Assembly: GCF_037042905.1 (NCBI RefSeq)
Contig: NC_087263.1
Span: forward strand, 11,472,001-11,536,000
Length of the DNA: 64,000 nt
Reading direction: 5' to 3'
Origin: Lytechinus pictus
Taxonomy: Eukaryota
Part shown: positions 35,638 through 48,363 of the stretch, piece after piece
Numbering within the stretch: position 1 is the first letter of the stretch
How the letters are laid out: every line of letters starts with the position of its first letter
The notes under the pieces: model-generated
Told to the model about the DNA's origin: nothing
Database searches by the model: none
What the model saw: only the letters and a program-made list of their open reading frames with translations
Program-made: the position numbers and the translations under genes

Positions 35638-38600
35638 GTAAGATTGTGATACGCCTCGATCATACATGTATAACCCTACTGAAAAAGGACATAGTGTCAC
35701 CATAATAGACCCTTAATTTCGAATAGGTCCATGGTGACACACAATATGATCACAGTGTGTTCACATCGTGGACTATATAACTATTCACACTGTTCAGTGT
35801 CAAATTTAACAGTGTGAAAGATTTCGCACTGTGGCTACACTGCACTGTGGTGTTAAAACTGACACCAGTTGGTGTTAATAGAGGACCTCACCCTGAGGTG
35901 TTAAAATTACACCCTAGAGATTGAACATGGCACCAAAGAGTGTAAATGTAACAACCAAAGGTGTTGTAATAACACCTATAGGTGTTAAACTAACAATGTA
36001 AATTTAACACCGGTGTAAAATAACTGGTGTGGTCCTCTATGTACACCGGTTAACACCACAGTTTTGCTGCGTAACTCTGTGGTGAGAGTGGTCACAGTGT
36101 TTTTGGCATAGTATACTAGACTGTGAATATGTGATTCACACTGTTGAAATGCTCCAATTTAACAGTGTGAAGGTGATTTCACAGTGCGATTTCCCATTTC
36201 ACCGGGAACAAAATGTGGAACACTGTGTTCTATCCAGTACGGATAAGGGGTTGACGTCACTAGCCAATTATTGATATCAATTTTAATGTATAATATAGTA
36301 TAAAACTCGACTTTGCATATAAATATCTAGAAGTATAATGTCGTTTACGATGGTGAGTATATAAAAGCAAATATTTAGCCATATTGTTCCAGTGGGTTAG
36401 AAAACCCATCACTTCATCGATGTCATGACTTCATGTTTAAACGCTCAGCCTTCGATCTCATCTTCACTTCTAAAATATAGCTGCATCCGACTTACCTAGG
36501 TAATCTCAAATTGTTTCATGACTTTCACTGACAGTTGTAATAATTACGCTTACCGTAGGGCCCTATGGTACATATATGAATAACAAATTTGACAAAGTCT
36601 AAATTGGGGGAAAAATCGAAACGTAATGTGCGATCAACACGAGTATCAATATGCCTCGAGGTCCATGTGAGCAGGGGCGGGTGCAGATATATGGTCATTT
36701 CTAAATGCATTTCATTTTCATGAGCGAAATATGAATTTAAGAGCCATAGATGACTTTTCTTTATCATGCTCAACATTTACTTAATATACATTTTAAGTCT
36801 TCAAAATCTAACCAAATTGAACTTGGAAGGAAGCATGGTATACTGTAAGCCAAACAATCTGAATTTCGAAACAAACATTGAACAATCATGACTATTCTTA
36901 ACAGTCACAGATGACTGGATCGCCGTTATTTATTGATCTCTGGATGTATAAATGCAAAGATTGGGCTGCAGGTGTCATTCATTACCACAGAATGCAATCT
37001 CTAACAAAGAAATCCACCAAATCATTGAATTGAGATTATAGCAATCAGTGAATAATATTATAATGCTCACGTGACCCGGGGGGGGGGGCGGGGGCCGGTT
37101 GTCGTTATTCTGCAAGGGGGATACTACACGCGAGTTATACACAAACATACGTCAAATATATAGTTACGTGGAGGTTTACGGTTCACCATGTGCATAATTA
37201 TGAAGAAGGGAAATGAAATACAGGCAGAAAGATCATGAAGATTGAAATGGAAAGACAAGAAAGGATGTAAAGAGGAAATTAGAGGTATTCTTTTCTTGAA
37301 AGTGAGTGAAGTCCTGAAAAGGACTGTAAACCAGATGAGATGAGCTGAATATATGGCTTGAGTAGCGATGGTTTGAGTACCCAGGACCAAAATCCAGTTA
37401 AAACCAATTAGGGCAAAACCAATTGAAACCAGTTGGCCAACTGGTTTCAATAGGGAAATTGGAACAACTGGTTCCAATTGAAAACCAGTTGCCAATTGGT
37501 TCCAGTTAAAACCAACTGGTTCCAATTGAAAACCAGTTGCCAATTGGTTCCAGTTAAAACCAATTGGGCAACTGGAACCAGTTGGCAATCGGTGTCAATT
37601 GGTTCCAGTTGTTCCAATTTCCCTATTAACACCAATTGAATCCAATTGGAGGCAACTGGTTTCAATTGGTTCCAGTTGAAACCAATTGGAGGCAACTGGT
37701 TTCAACTGGAACTGCATTTCCAGTTACCCAACTGGTTCCAGTTTTATTTCCAGTTACCCAACTGGTTCCAATTAGAATTCATTTCAAATTACCCATCTTT
37801 CTAGTTAGAAGTCATCTCCAGTTACCCAATTGGTACCAGTTAGGATTTCCAGTTACACAACTGCATGGTTCAAGTTAGGATTTCCAGTTACCCAACTGGT
37901 TCCAGTTAGAAATCATTTCCAGTTGGAAGTCATTTCCAGTTACCCAACTGGTTCCAGTTAGGATTTCCAGTTGCCCAGCTGGTTCCAGTTGGGATTTCCA
38001 GTTACTCAACTGGTTCCAGTTAGAAATCATTTCCAATTGGAAGTCATTTCCAGTTACCCAACTGGTTCCAGTTAGGATTTCCAGTTACCCAACTGGTTCC
38101 AGTTAGAAATCATTTCCAGTTGGAAGTCATTTCCAGTTACCCAACTGGTTCCAGTTAGGATTTCCAGTTGCCCAACTGGTTCCAGTTAGGATTTCCAGTT
38201 GCCCAACTGGTTCCAGTTAGAAATCATTTCCAGTTGGAAGTCATTTCCAGTTACCCAACTGGTTCCAGTTTTATTTCCAGTTACCCAACTGGTTCCAATT
38301 AGAATTCATTTCAAATTACCCATCTTTCCAGTTAGAAGTCATCTCCAGTTACCCAATTGGTACCAGTTAGGATTTCCAGTTACACAACTGCATGGTTCAA
38401 GTTAGGATTTCCAGTTACCCAACTGGTTCCAGTTAGAAATCATTTCCAGTTGGAAGTCATTTCCAGTTACCCAACTGGTTCCAGTTAGGATTTCCAGTTG
38501 CCCAACTGGTTCCAGTTGGGATTTCCAGTTACTCAACTGGTTCCAGTTAGAAATCATTTCCAATTGGAAGTCATTTCCAGTTACCCAACTGGTTCCAGTT

Positions 38601-41058
38601 AGGATTTGCAGTTACCCAACTGGTTCCAGTTAGAAATCATTTCCAGTTGGAAGTCATTTCCAGTTACCCAACTGGTTCCAGTTAGGATTTCCAGTTGCCC
38701 AACTGGTTCCAGTTAGGATTTCCAGTTGCCCAACTGGTTCCATTTAGAAATCATTTCCAGTTGGAAGTCATTTCCAGTTACCCAACTGGTTCCAGTTAGG
38801 ATTTCCAGTTGCCCAACTGGTTCCAGTTAGGATTTCCAGTTGCCCAACTGGTTTCAATTGGTTTCAACTGGAAATTGTTAAATTCCAGTTAAAACCAATT
38901 GAAACCAGTTAAAACCAATTGAAACCAATTGAAACCAGTTGGAAATCCAACTGGTTTCAATTGGATTTTGGTCCTGGGTAGTAGCAGGTTGAAGTGAAGA
39001 GAGTCAGTTAACTTTAACCTGCTACTATACTCAAACCATCGCTACTCAAGCCATATATTCAGCCCATCTCATCTGGTTTACAGTCCTTTTCAGGACTTCA
39101 CTCACTTTCAAGAAAAGAATACCTCTAATTTCGTCTTTTCATCCTCCCTCGCCTTTCCATTTCAATTTTACCAGTGCCTGTATTTCCTTTCCCTTCTTCA
39201 TAATACACATGGTGAACCGTAAACATTCTCCACGTTATAAACTCCACCACGCAAATCTACAAAGATCATCAAATATATTTTACGAACTGTCGATGTGCGT
39301 ATGTATAGGCCTACGAGGAAAAGGAAAATGGTAATGAAAATTGCAAATATCAGTTTATAAAGGATATTGGTCTTAACTTTTCAACAACCTGGATATGACT
39401 AATGCATAAATAATAGTGATGAAATGTCTTATATTTAATCATCTTTAACTTAAAGGAGTCAGTACATTTTGTTGTTTTCTGAACACTATCATTTGAAGTC
39501 AATCTTTATCATAATATTGATTATATGTATTATTATCATCATCGTCGTCGTTATCATTATCATCATCACCAAAATCATCATCATCGCCATCATCATCATC
39601 ACCACTACCACCATCATCACCACCACCACCATCTTCACCACCACCATCACCAACATAACCATCATCACCATTATCATAATCATCATCACCATCATCTTCA
39701 ATATCATATCTTCATCATAACCATCACCAATTGTTTCATAATCACAATCATTATCATTGTCACCATCAACACCATCATCATCGTCACCATTTTCGTCACC
39801 ATCATCATCATCCTCACCATTATCTTCAATATCATCATAATTTATCTTTATCATAACCATCACCAGTTGTTTCATAATCACCATCATTATCATCATCAAC
39901 ATCATCACCATCATCATCATCACCAACAAATCTCCAACAAACTAGTTTCCAACGTTGTAAACGTTGTGCAATTGTCGGTTGTTCAGTAACTTTCCAATCA
40001 AAAATGTTTCTAACGATGTGCCATCGTCGACTATCCAACAAATCTCCAACACACTAGTTACCAACGCTATGTCATTGTCAGTTGTTCAACAACTTTCCAT
40101 CGAATTAGTTTCCAACGTTGTCAACGTTGTGCTATTGTCGGCTGCTCAGCAACTATCCAATCAAACATGATTCCAACGTTGTGCCATTGTCGACTGTCCA
40201 ATAGATCTCTAACAAACTAGTTTCCAACAATGTCAATCATGTGCCATTGTCGGCTGTTCGACGACTTCCCATCGTATAGTAGTTTCCAACGTTGTCAGCA
40301 TTGATCCTTCGTTGGCTGTTCAGCAACTATCCAATTAAACATGGTTCCAACGTTGTGCCATTGTCGACTGTCCAACAAATCTCCAACAAACTAATTTCCA
40401 ACATTGTGCCATTGTCGGTCGTTCAACAACTCTCCATCGAACTAGTTTCCAACTTTGTCAACGTTGTACCTATGTTGGCTGTTCAACAACTATCGAAGCA
40501 AACAAGCTTCTAACGTTGTGACATATCGTCGACTGTCCAACAACTCTCCAAATAACAAGTTTCAAACGTTGTGTGTGTGTGTGTGTGTGTGTGTCAATGT
40601 TGTGCCATTGTTTATTGTCCATCATATTTCCATCAAACTAGTTTCCAACGTCGATTCAACGTTAATCCATCGTTTTTCCAACGTCCCAACGACTTTCGAG
40701 TTTCCAACGTTGAGCCAACGTTGGCTTGTTACCTGGGCATAATTTTTTCATAATCACCATCATCATCAACATCATCGCCATCATCACCATCATCATCATC
40801 GTCATCATTTCCATCATCACCAACACCACCATCATCATCAGCATAATCATAACCACCATCATTATCATTGTCACCATCAACATCATCGCCATCATCACCA
40901 TCATCATCGTCATCATTTTCATCATCATCATCATCACCATCATCATCACCAACACCACCATCATCATTCAGCATAATCATAACCACCACCATCATCATCA
41001 TCACCACTACCAAAATCATCATCCACATCATCATAACCACCACCACCATCATCACCTT

Positions 41059-41089
<31 letters not shown>

Positions 41090-41880
41090 CCACCACCACC
41101 AACCCCACCATCATCATCATCACCACCACCACCAAAATCATCATCCACATCATCATAACCACCACCACCATTATCATCATCACCTCATCATCATCACCAT
41201 CATCATCGTCACCACCACCACCAACCCCACCATCATCACCATCACCACCACCACCAAAATCATCATCCACATCATCATAACCACCACCACCATCATCATC
41301 ATCACCTCATCATCATCATCATCGTCATCACCATCACCACCATCATCATCATCATCGCCACCACTACCACCATCAACACCACCATCTTCATCACCACCAT
41401 CACCAACACAACCATAGTCATCGTCATCACCATCATCATCATTATTATCGCCAACATCATCTTCGCAATTGTTATTTTGATAGCATGCGTGTGTATGTTT
41501 GAGTTTCCACTGGCACGTATCAATCAGATGATATTATTTACGTAGACCTGGGACCGACCTTTAACGTCACCATCCGGTAGGCGTGACCAGGACTCGAACC
41601 TCGAACCTCTGCATTAGTTCGTATAACTTCCCCATGCATGCAGCTTGGATTATATTTAAGTCTTATTAAAGTAAAAGATTATTTTTCTTTAATGTTACAC
41701 TTCCAGATAAGCGATGCATTTACCACTTCAAAGAGGTTCTTTCAATTACCCTTAAATGAGAAGATGAAGTGCGCTGGACCAGAAGGAAGTTTCTATGGTT
41801 ACCACCATATGGAAAAAGAAGGGTATGATATGATGATGATTGTGATGATGGTGATGATTGTGATGGTGATGATGATGGTG

Positions 41881-41912
<32 letters not shown>

Positions 41913-41989
41913 GATGGTGATGATGATGGTGATGATGATGGTGATGATGATGATGACGATGATGATGATGATGATGATTGTGATGATGG

Positions 41990-42042
<53 letters not shown>

Positions 42043-45000
42043 GTGATGATTGTGGGTCAGCCACATACATCAAAATAACTACCAAGGACCTCATACCATA
42101 TAGTATCGTCCTAAAAATATATAACATGGTAAGTTAGAACAGGCACTAGAACCACACACCAACCAGAATTCCAGGGGTGCTGCTTATGGAAAATAATACA
42201 CGCAGCCCCCGCTTCCCAGGTCAATGGTAACCCATTGCATGTATTGCTCTGTATTATGATCATATTTTTTTTTACCTTGTAAACTGTGTGTCTTTGAGCC
42301 TACGGTCTGCAATGATGATCGTTAAATAAAGCCCATTTTTTAATAGCTATTTTTGGTCTGAAACCACATAGTTCACGGTATTGTGCATGTTAACATCGCT
42401 ATAACGCTCCACGTTTCATTGCATGACAATGAATTGACAAGTTGCAAAGTAGACTGCCCCCCCCCCCCCCCGTGATACAAGCCAGCTATGTCGCTATGAC
42501 TTCTCAAGATACGCAGCTACGGGATAGAGCATGGGCATATTACTCTGTCAGAGTAGCATCAGTGGCTGCCCGGTGGGCCGATAATCAATTGGGCAAAATG
42601 AATAAAAAAATTATACAAATATGGACCGTCAAACAAGTTTTGAGTAGGTTAGGAACAGTGATGTTTTAATGAAACACATATTTTGAGGGGACATGAACAT
42701 ACAAATAGGCCTTCAATTGCGTCAGATTTATATTATTTCTAAAATCACCTGTACTACAGCCCCAATCATTTGCAGGGCGGGAATTATTTGCCTTTAATAG
42801 GGGGCATATGGATTCATCCATTTCATTTTTTTTTTTATTAATACACATGTAGGTTGAATCCGCGAAGAGCATCCAATGATCTGAAGGAGGTTTTTGGTTG
42901 TATTCCTATCGAAGGCACGTCAACGGTGAGAAATATACCTACCTATATGAGGGGGGCGGGGACTCATTGGGGCAGGGGGCAACCGCCCCTTAGGATTCAA
43001 AATTAGGGGCAAAAGCCGGGGTAAAAGATGGAGGGAAGGGGTGGAAGGGCGGGGAAAAGGAAAGAAAAAGGGGCGAAAAGTATAAAAACTGAGAGGGTCT
43101 CCGCGTTGTGTAACTATTTTTTCTCTGCAACTGTATGAGTTCACATGTATGAGGTTTGCAATACAACAAGATGTAAGTTTAATACCAATAATGCAGTGAA
43201 ATTAAAATTTAAGATGACATTATGTATTTTTTTAAACATGGCGATTTATTGTGGTTCCTGATGAATAATTCCTTATCGAAAAGTTTTAAAAGTAGCGTTT
43301 AATATCTGTTCCTCATTCTCTTGTTGATTCTTATACCGTCCCTCTTTAAAGACAAAATCGATTGAATTATTACCAGCGAATACAGGCCTATTTCATTTAT
43401 AAATATATTACATGTGCTTTTCGTTTTCAGGTCTTTCCGGAAGAAGAGTTGCCAGAATTTCGAAAATGTCTCACAGACCTCTTTCACTCAGCTATCCTTC
43501 TTGAATACAGAGTGCTCGAAATTATTGCCCGAGGGCTCAAACTCGATGTAAGTTAAGTAGGCTTGTAAAAGAGTGCCCTCCCCCTCAATTTTGGTCACAT
43601 TTGCCCGCATCCCCAAGCTATTATTTCATAAACTATCACAATCACTGACATTCGGATGGACATTGGCGGAACCAGGAATTTTCAAGTGGGGGGGGGGGGG
43701 GCGCAGGAGCACAAGACATTTTTTTGCCTGTTTCACAAAATCTAACACGAAGCGCGTTCTATATATATAAATATTTTAATATAGGCCCTACCGATTTGAA
43801 AAAAGTCCCTGTTAAGGACTGTTTGCAGTGACACGTGAAGATGATATCCCATCAAATAGATAATCCGAGCGCGAAGCGCGAGCTGAAATTTGCTTAATAT
43901 CCTGAGATGATAACTGGACATTATAAGCACTTTTTAAACATGAATATATATGGATATCTAACTGAACAATTAATGCATGAAATCGTTTGGCGCGAGCTGA
44001 TTTTTTTTTAATATATCTAACATTTTTCTCGCCTGCATAAATAGCAGAGCGATATTTTATTATCATATGAATGTTTTCTTTTGTGATTAATTATCCAGTA
44101 ATTGTTTTCAAAGTCAGCACTGCTGCTACATCGACTCGCGTAATGCAAACGAGAATGCCAGAGGCGTTCCACTTGTTGTAATTATGAACATGCAGGATGC
44201 GTTCCTCGATAAAAAAAAATCTTGAAAACTCGAATCGCGAGAAGAATAATTTGTGCATATTGACTTGAACACTGTTTTTGTAAAGTCCCATGTTATCATA
44301 CTTAACAGATTATATATTTTTCTCAATCAACAGCCACTACATAAGCGCAAAGCGTGAGCGAAATTTTGAAGTTTATGATTATAATGGCCTGAAAGATTTA
44401 TGCTAGTGACTAATGTTGTTGGGAGCTCACAGTGACAGGATAAAATTTTGAAAATTTGAAGAGTAAAAAATTATGTTTGGAGCATGCACTTTACAGCATT
44501 TACTATACATTGTTTTTTCAATTTTCAAAATTTCTAGGCGGCAACGATCCTGACTGGGGGACCACCAAATTAATGCCCCCGTACGTTCCACCCCCCCCCC
44601 CCCCTTGGTGCCGCTTCTCCAGATGGAGGGATTTTCCCCACCACTCCCAAGTCCCAGGACCGACAAATAGAAACAGATAAATAAGAAAAATGAAAGGGGA
44701 ATAGCTGAATATAACATTAACTGTTAATATAATGTGAAGTCAAACGGCAAATTACTTCGCTCGCTCACTACGTTTGAGAAATTTTCCCACACAGATCTTG
44801 CCCCTCAAACTTTTGGCTCATAATTAGTGGCATTTATGTTTATTGTTCCCTTTAGGATCCATTTTATTTTACGGACAGACACAAGCTGACTGGAACCAAT
44901 GGAAACATGACGTCAATTCGTTCCCTTTATTACCCATCCTTGGTCAACGTTGATATAAAAGAGGACCAAGTGCGGTGTGGGGAGCACTGCGACTATGGCG

Positions 45001-47789
45001 GGATAACACTACTTTTTCAGGACACACAACCTGGGCTTGAGGTATTTTCTTCACCCTTATGATATAAAACAAGAACAAATACCATTTAATTAATTGATTA
45101 ATTAATTAGTATCCCCCCGTTTGCTACTTTAATGTTGACGTAGAAAACTTAGTTGGAAGGAGAACTTCAATGGAAAACATACGAGTTGATAATTTTATAT
45201 ATATTTCTGGTTTCTACCTTAATTAGATTAGGAATCGAGGAAAATAGTCGAAAAAGAGAAAATATACCAATTAATTTATTGGGTTTTTTGGGGGGCGTTT
45301 ACCACTTTAATATTGAAGGCATCTCGATCTTATAAGGAGACGTTTGGCGAGAATTACAAAAAAATGAAGTTATTGATTCTGAATTTTGTGACGTCACACA
45401 TCGAGTGTTTCCCTATGTGCCATGGGTTGTAAATCATATGGGATACTATTAAAAAATATATAGCATTTAGAGTGTGGCTTCTATCTTGTTTTCTATTCAG
45501 AGGGAATTATTTCACAAGGGGGGCGGTGTTATTTGAAATATGATGAGAATAGATTTGTCTTGAGGTTGGCTTTGAATGACTCTATAAACTTGCGGAATTG
45601 CGTATTGTTGTGAAGTGAGTGCATTCCACAAATCTGGAACACTATTATCAGAAAATCAAAAATTATTTTGCATTCAATGTAGATATGTCATCAAATACAT
45701 TATTTTCCCAAAGGTTTCTATCGGAAAAAGTCCAGTTATCTTGGTGATGATAGAATTATGATGACGACGACGACGACGGCGATGATGATGATGATGATGA
45801 TGACCACGACGGCGATGATGATGATGGTGTTGGTGGTAATGGTGATGGTGATGCATGATGATGATGATGAGGAGGGGGATTAGTCGGATGGTGGTGGTGG
45901 TGGTGGTCTGCTGGCGGTGCATAATTATTATGCTGAATTTGCTGATGGTATAGTTGTGGCGTCGTCGATTATGACGAGATTGTGTATACGATAGTATGCA
46001 TTCTTGTCTTGCATGCCGGGAAGTACAATTTTGAGGAACCACTTAAATGTTGACAATGGATATATTTCACAACGAATCTCATCTAATGAGTTCCACTATT
46101 TTGCCAGGACAATTAAAAACAAACATGTAAGTTTTTTTTTTAAGCATCTGCTTTGAATCAATATAATCAATAGAAATATATTTTTATATAAAAATAGACG
46201 TTTTCTGTGTTTCCTTGGCTTCACTTTAGTGGTAGCCATGTCTAGACTTAGTCTGCAGGCACAGACCCTTGATTTTTGCAATTCGCATATTATACACTGC
46301 AGATCGAGTCTGAGGTAGTGAGACTAGATTCACTGTGTACTACTGCGACTGGCTCTCATTTGACAAAGAGAGTTTGGCGCCTAGTCTTCATTCTAGACAT
46401 GGTATATTGGTTAAAGTGTCAAATATGAGTCTGTGCTTGCAGACTAGTCTCGAAGTATGTTCTTCACAAATCATTGTACTACTTGATGAAAGTGATTTGT
46501 GTTAACTCTACCCTCCCCCCCCCCCCCCCCCATCCACCTTACCATATACCCTTCTTACAGGTGAAGAATGTCCATGGAAAATGGATCCCAGCATCGCCAA
46601 TAGAGGGCACTTTGATGGTCAACGTTGGGGAACTCATGCAGCGGTGGACTTCAGACAAAGTTGTTGCTACCGTAAGTTTATATTCGTGTACAGGCCATAG
46701 GCGGGTCCAGGGGGGGGGGGGCGGGGGGCCCTCTTTTGGCGGAGCAAAAAAAGGGGAAGAAAGATAAAAGGGGGTAAAAAGAAGGTAAAAAGAGATGAGA
46801 AAAGGAAAAGGAAAATGAGAGGAGGAAGACGATTGAATTAGGTAAGATGAGGGGAAGACTTGGAAAATGAAAAATCTTCCATGTCACTATGTAAAATTTT
46901 CGCTAGCGCTTCGCGCTCGCATCGACTTATATGATACATAATTAAATATAGTACTCAATAAGCTGATATACAGCTTAAAATATCGAATTTGAAGTCTTAC
47001 AAAAGATATTTCATCTCGGAAATCGAGCTTTCATTATTTTGTTTGATTTACAAATTAATTTGAAAAAAAGTGCTTTAAATATTTACATTTCATGGTCTGA
47101 ATATCATCATTTTCAGCTCGCGCTGTGCGCATTATTTGATGTGTCAAGTTCTATAAATATCCCTTTTCAGGTCTGATTGCCAAAACGTATTAGCAAGCAC
47201 TGCGCGCCCGCATTTTATAAGTTATGTTACGTATAATATACCTCTATAAAAATTCTACAACTAACTTCTTAAAATCCCCTTTTCATGGCAGTTTATCAAT
47301 GAAAACCTTCGGCTCGTGATTTTCGCTCGCATCAATTGTTAAAACATTTTTACCCATGCATCCTATTTGTAATTACAAAATTGCTGAAAATTTCCAGTTT
47401 TCAGGCCTTGATATCAATACATTTCGCGCTGTCATTAGGCTTATGAGATCAATAAATAATAAGCTTTTATGACTTCCTATACGTAATCTCTCTTTTTTAT
47501 TCGTAGTTAACACAACTCATTTGGCAAATGTCCACATGCCTTTTATATAACCCAGGTTTTATCCTATGTTCTTTCCTTACAGGAGCATAGAGTATTGGTT
47601 CCTTCAGATCAGATCGAGCACGAGAGGCAGTCTATTGCCATCTTCGGGAATCCCGACAATGAGGTCTCCATCGAGTGCATCGATGGGTCAAACAAGTACC
47701 CGCCCACGACAATAATCGACATGCTGAATATGAAATTTGAACAGACCTTTGGCTATAACCCGGCGAAAGAGGACCCCGGGAGTTCCTGA
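35479..47789 (+). CDS. 2-oxoglutarate/Fe(II)-dependent dioxygenase (DIOX_N + 2OG-FeII_Oxy, isopenicillin N synthase-like): join(35479-35637,41707-41822,42853-42925,43431-43547,44856-45041,46561-46671,47583-47789), 322 aa
   Basis: All GT-AG introns, phases consistent (969 nt). Motifs VPVVDFS, IGFMYLKNFGI, FFQLPLNEKMK, DLKEVF, RSLYYP, iron ligands H-C-D (GEHCDYGGITLLFQD) and distal H (EHRV), 2OG-binding RxS (RQSIA), VNVGELMQRWTS. Confidence 0.93.
35674..36243. mobile_element. CACTGTG-rich MITE with a nested ACACC/GGTGT-rich MITE (~35838-36072)
   Basis: Imperfect TIR CCCTACTG..ACATAGTG / CACTGTGT..CAGTACGG; inner palindromic CTGTGGTGTTAA / TTAACACCACAG. Confidence 0.55.
37160..39270. mobile_element. 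Palindromic repeat element (arms 37160-37379 and 39015-39270) split by a 1.6-kb insertion; related copy at 13696-14240
   Basis: TTCTTGAAAGTGAGTGAAGTCCTGAAAAGGACTGTAAACCAGATGAGATG and its reverse complement. Confidence 0.8.
37380..38978. mobile_element. TA-flanked non-autonomous DNA element filled with CCAGTT/AACTGG minisatellite
   Basis: TA|CCCAGGACCAAAATCCA ... TGGATTTTGGTCCTGGG|TA; internal 527-bp higher-order duplication. Confidence 0.88.
39490..41460 (+). repeat. Degenerate (CAT)/(CAC)n tract interrupted by a CCAACGTTG-rich element (39925-40737) with (GT)n
   Basis: Direct reading; inserted element ends in ..TTGTTACCTGGG. Confidence 0.9.
41480..41645 (-). mobile_element. Degenerate tRNA-derived SINE fragment
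   Basis: Minus strand GGTTCGAGTCC B-box followed by GACGTTAAAGGTCGGTCCC core. Confidence 0.5.
41707..41822 (+). CDS. Dioxygenase coding exon 2 (ISDAFTTSKRFFQLPLNEKMKC...YGYHHMEKE)
   Basis: TTCCAG acceptor, GG|GTATGA donor, 116 nt. Confidence 0.9.
41826..42052 (+). repeat. (GAT)n microsatellite directly after the exon-2 donor
   Basis: Direct reading. Confidence 0.95.
42853..42925 (+). CDS. Dioxygenase coding exon 3 (LNPRRASNDLKEVFGCIPIEGTST)
   Basis: TAG acceptor, ACG|GTGAGA donor, DLKE motif, phase 2-0. Confidence 0.85.
43431..43547 (+). CDS. Dioxygenase coding exon 4 (VFPEEELPEFRK...IARGLKLD)
   Basis: TTTTCAG acceptor, GAT|GTAAGT donor, 117 nt. Confidence 0.9.
44856..45041 (+). CDS. Dioxygenase coding exon 5 with HxD motif (RCGEHCDYGGITLLFQD)
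   Basis: TTTAG acceptor, GAG|GTATTT donor, 186 nt. Confidence 0.92.
45758..45905 (+). repeat. (GAT)/(GAC)/(GGT)n microsatellite
   Basis: Direct reading. Confidence 0.9.
46561..46671 (+). CDS. Dioxygenase coding exon 6 (VKNVHGKWIPASPIEGTLMVNVGELMQRWTSDKVVAT)
   Basis: CTTACAG acceptor, ACC|GTAAGT donor, 111 nt. Confidence 0.92.
47583..47789 (+). CDS. Dioxygenase terminal exon (EHRVLVP...RQSIAIFGNPD...)
   Basis: CCTTACAG acceptor, HRV and RxS motifs, TGA stop. Confidence 0.92.
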   Translation, partial: EHRVLVPSDQIEHERQSIAIFGNPDNEVSIECIDGSNKYPPTTIIDMLNMKFEQTFGYNPAKEDPGSS

Positions 47790-47806
47790 AAAACTTCAGT
47801 GATATC

Positions 47807-48262
47807 AATAGACCAGTTCGTAGTTACATCAGGGACAATTTTGGTCAAATAACCTTTCATTTATTCCATTATGATAGGCAGATTTCAAAGCAGGATATAA
47901 CATGTGCATTCCTTACATAGCAGGATGAATAAATTGAATTATACCAGGTGACTAGAATAGCACACCATTGAAGACTCCATGAAGGTATTTGTTGCATTCC
48001 TACTTCGAATGCATATTATAGCATGTTGTACAATGTACTTGGCAAACTGCAGTGAAATACCAGTCGTGGACGCATTTTTGTTCTTTGTGGATGCAAATGA
48101 AAACCACTATTCAAAAGAATATATGAATAATCAAGACTTCAAAGTTGGTGCTTATCTCATTAAATTTTAAACCACCATGCCACTTTAGTACAAATGACCT
48201 TTCTCTGATCATGCGCAGAATCTTCTGATCATGCGCAGAATGGAACTACGGACTGGCTTATT
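47807..48262. mobile_element. MITE immediately after the dioxygenase stop codon
   Basis: Imperfect TIR AATAGACCAGTTCGTAGTTACAT / ATGGAACTACGGACTGGCTTATT. Confidence 0.6.
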
Positions 48263-48363
48263 CTCTGGGGACCATTGTCATGATTGCAGACGATTGGTTC
48301 ATTGTAACTGAACTCCAACGCAGCAAAACTGCGGTGTTAACCGGGTGTACATGATATTATTAA

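Noticed and set aside
37124..38405. Repetitive ORFs (PVTQLVP..)
   Set aside because: Products of the CCAGTT minisatellite.
39469..42127. His-, Met-, Asp- and Ile-rich ORFs
   Set aside because: Stop-poor trinucleotide repeats; only 41707-41822 is real coding sequence.
43256..43295. Hammerhead-like CTGATGA..CGAAA
   Set aside because: Stem II closing pair is out of register and there is no stem I partner; at best a decayed relic.
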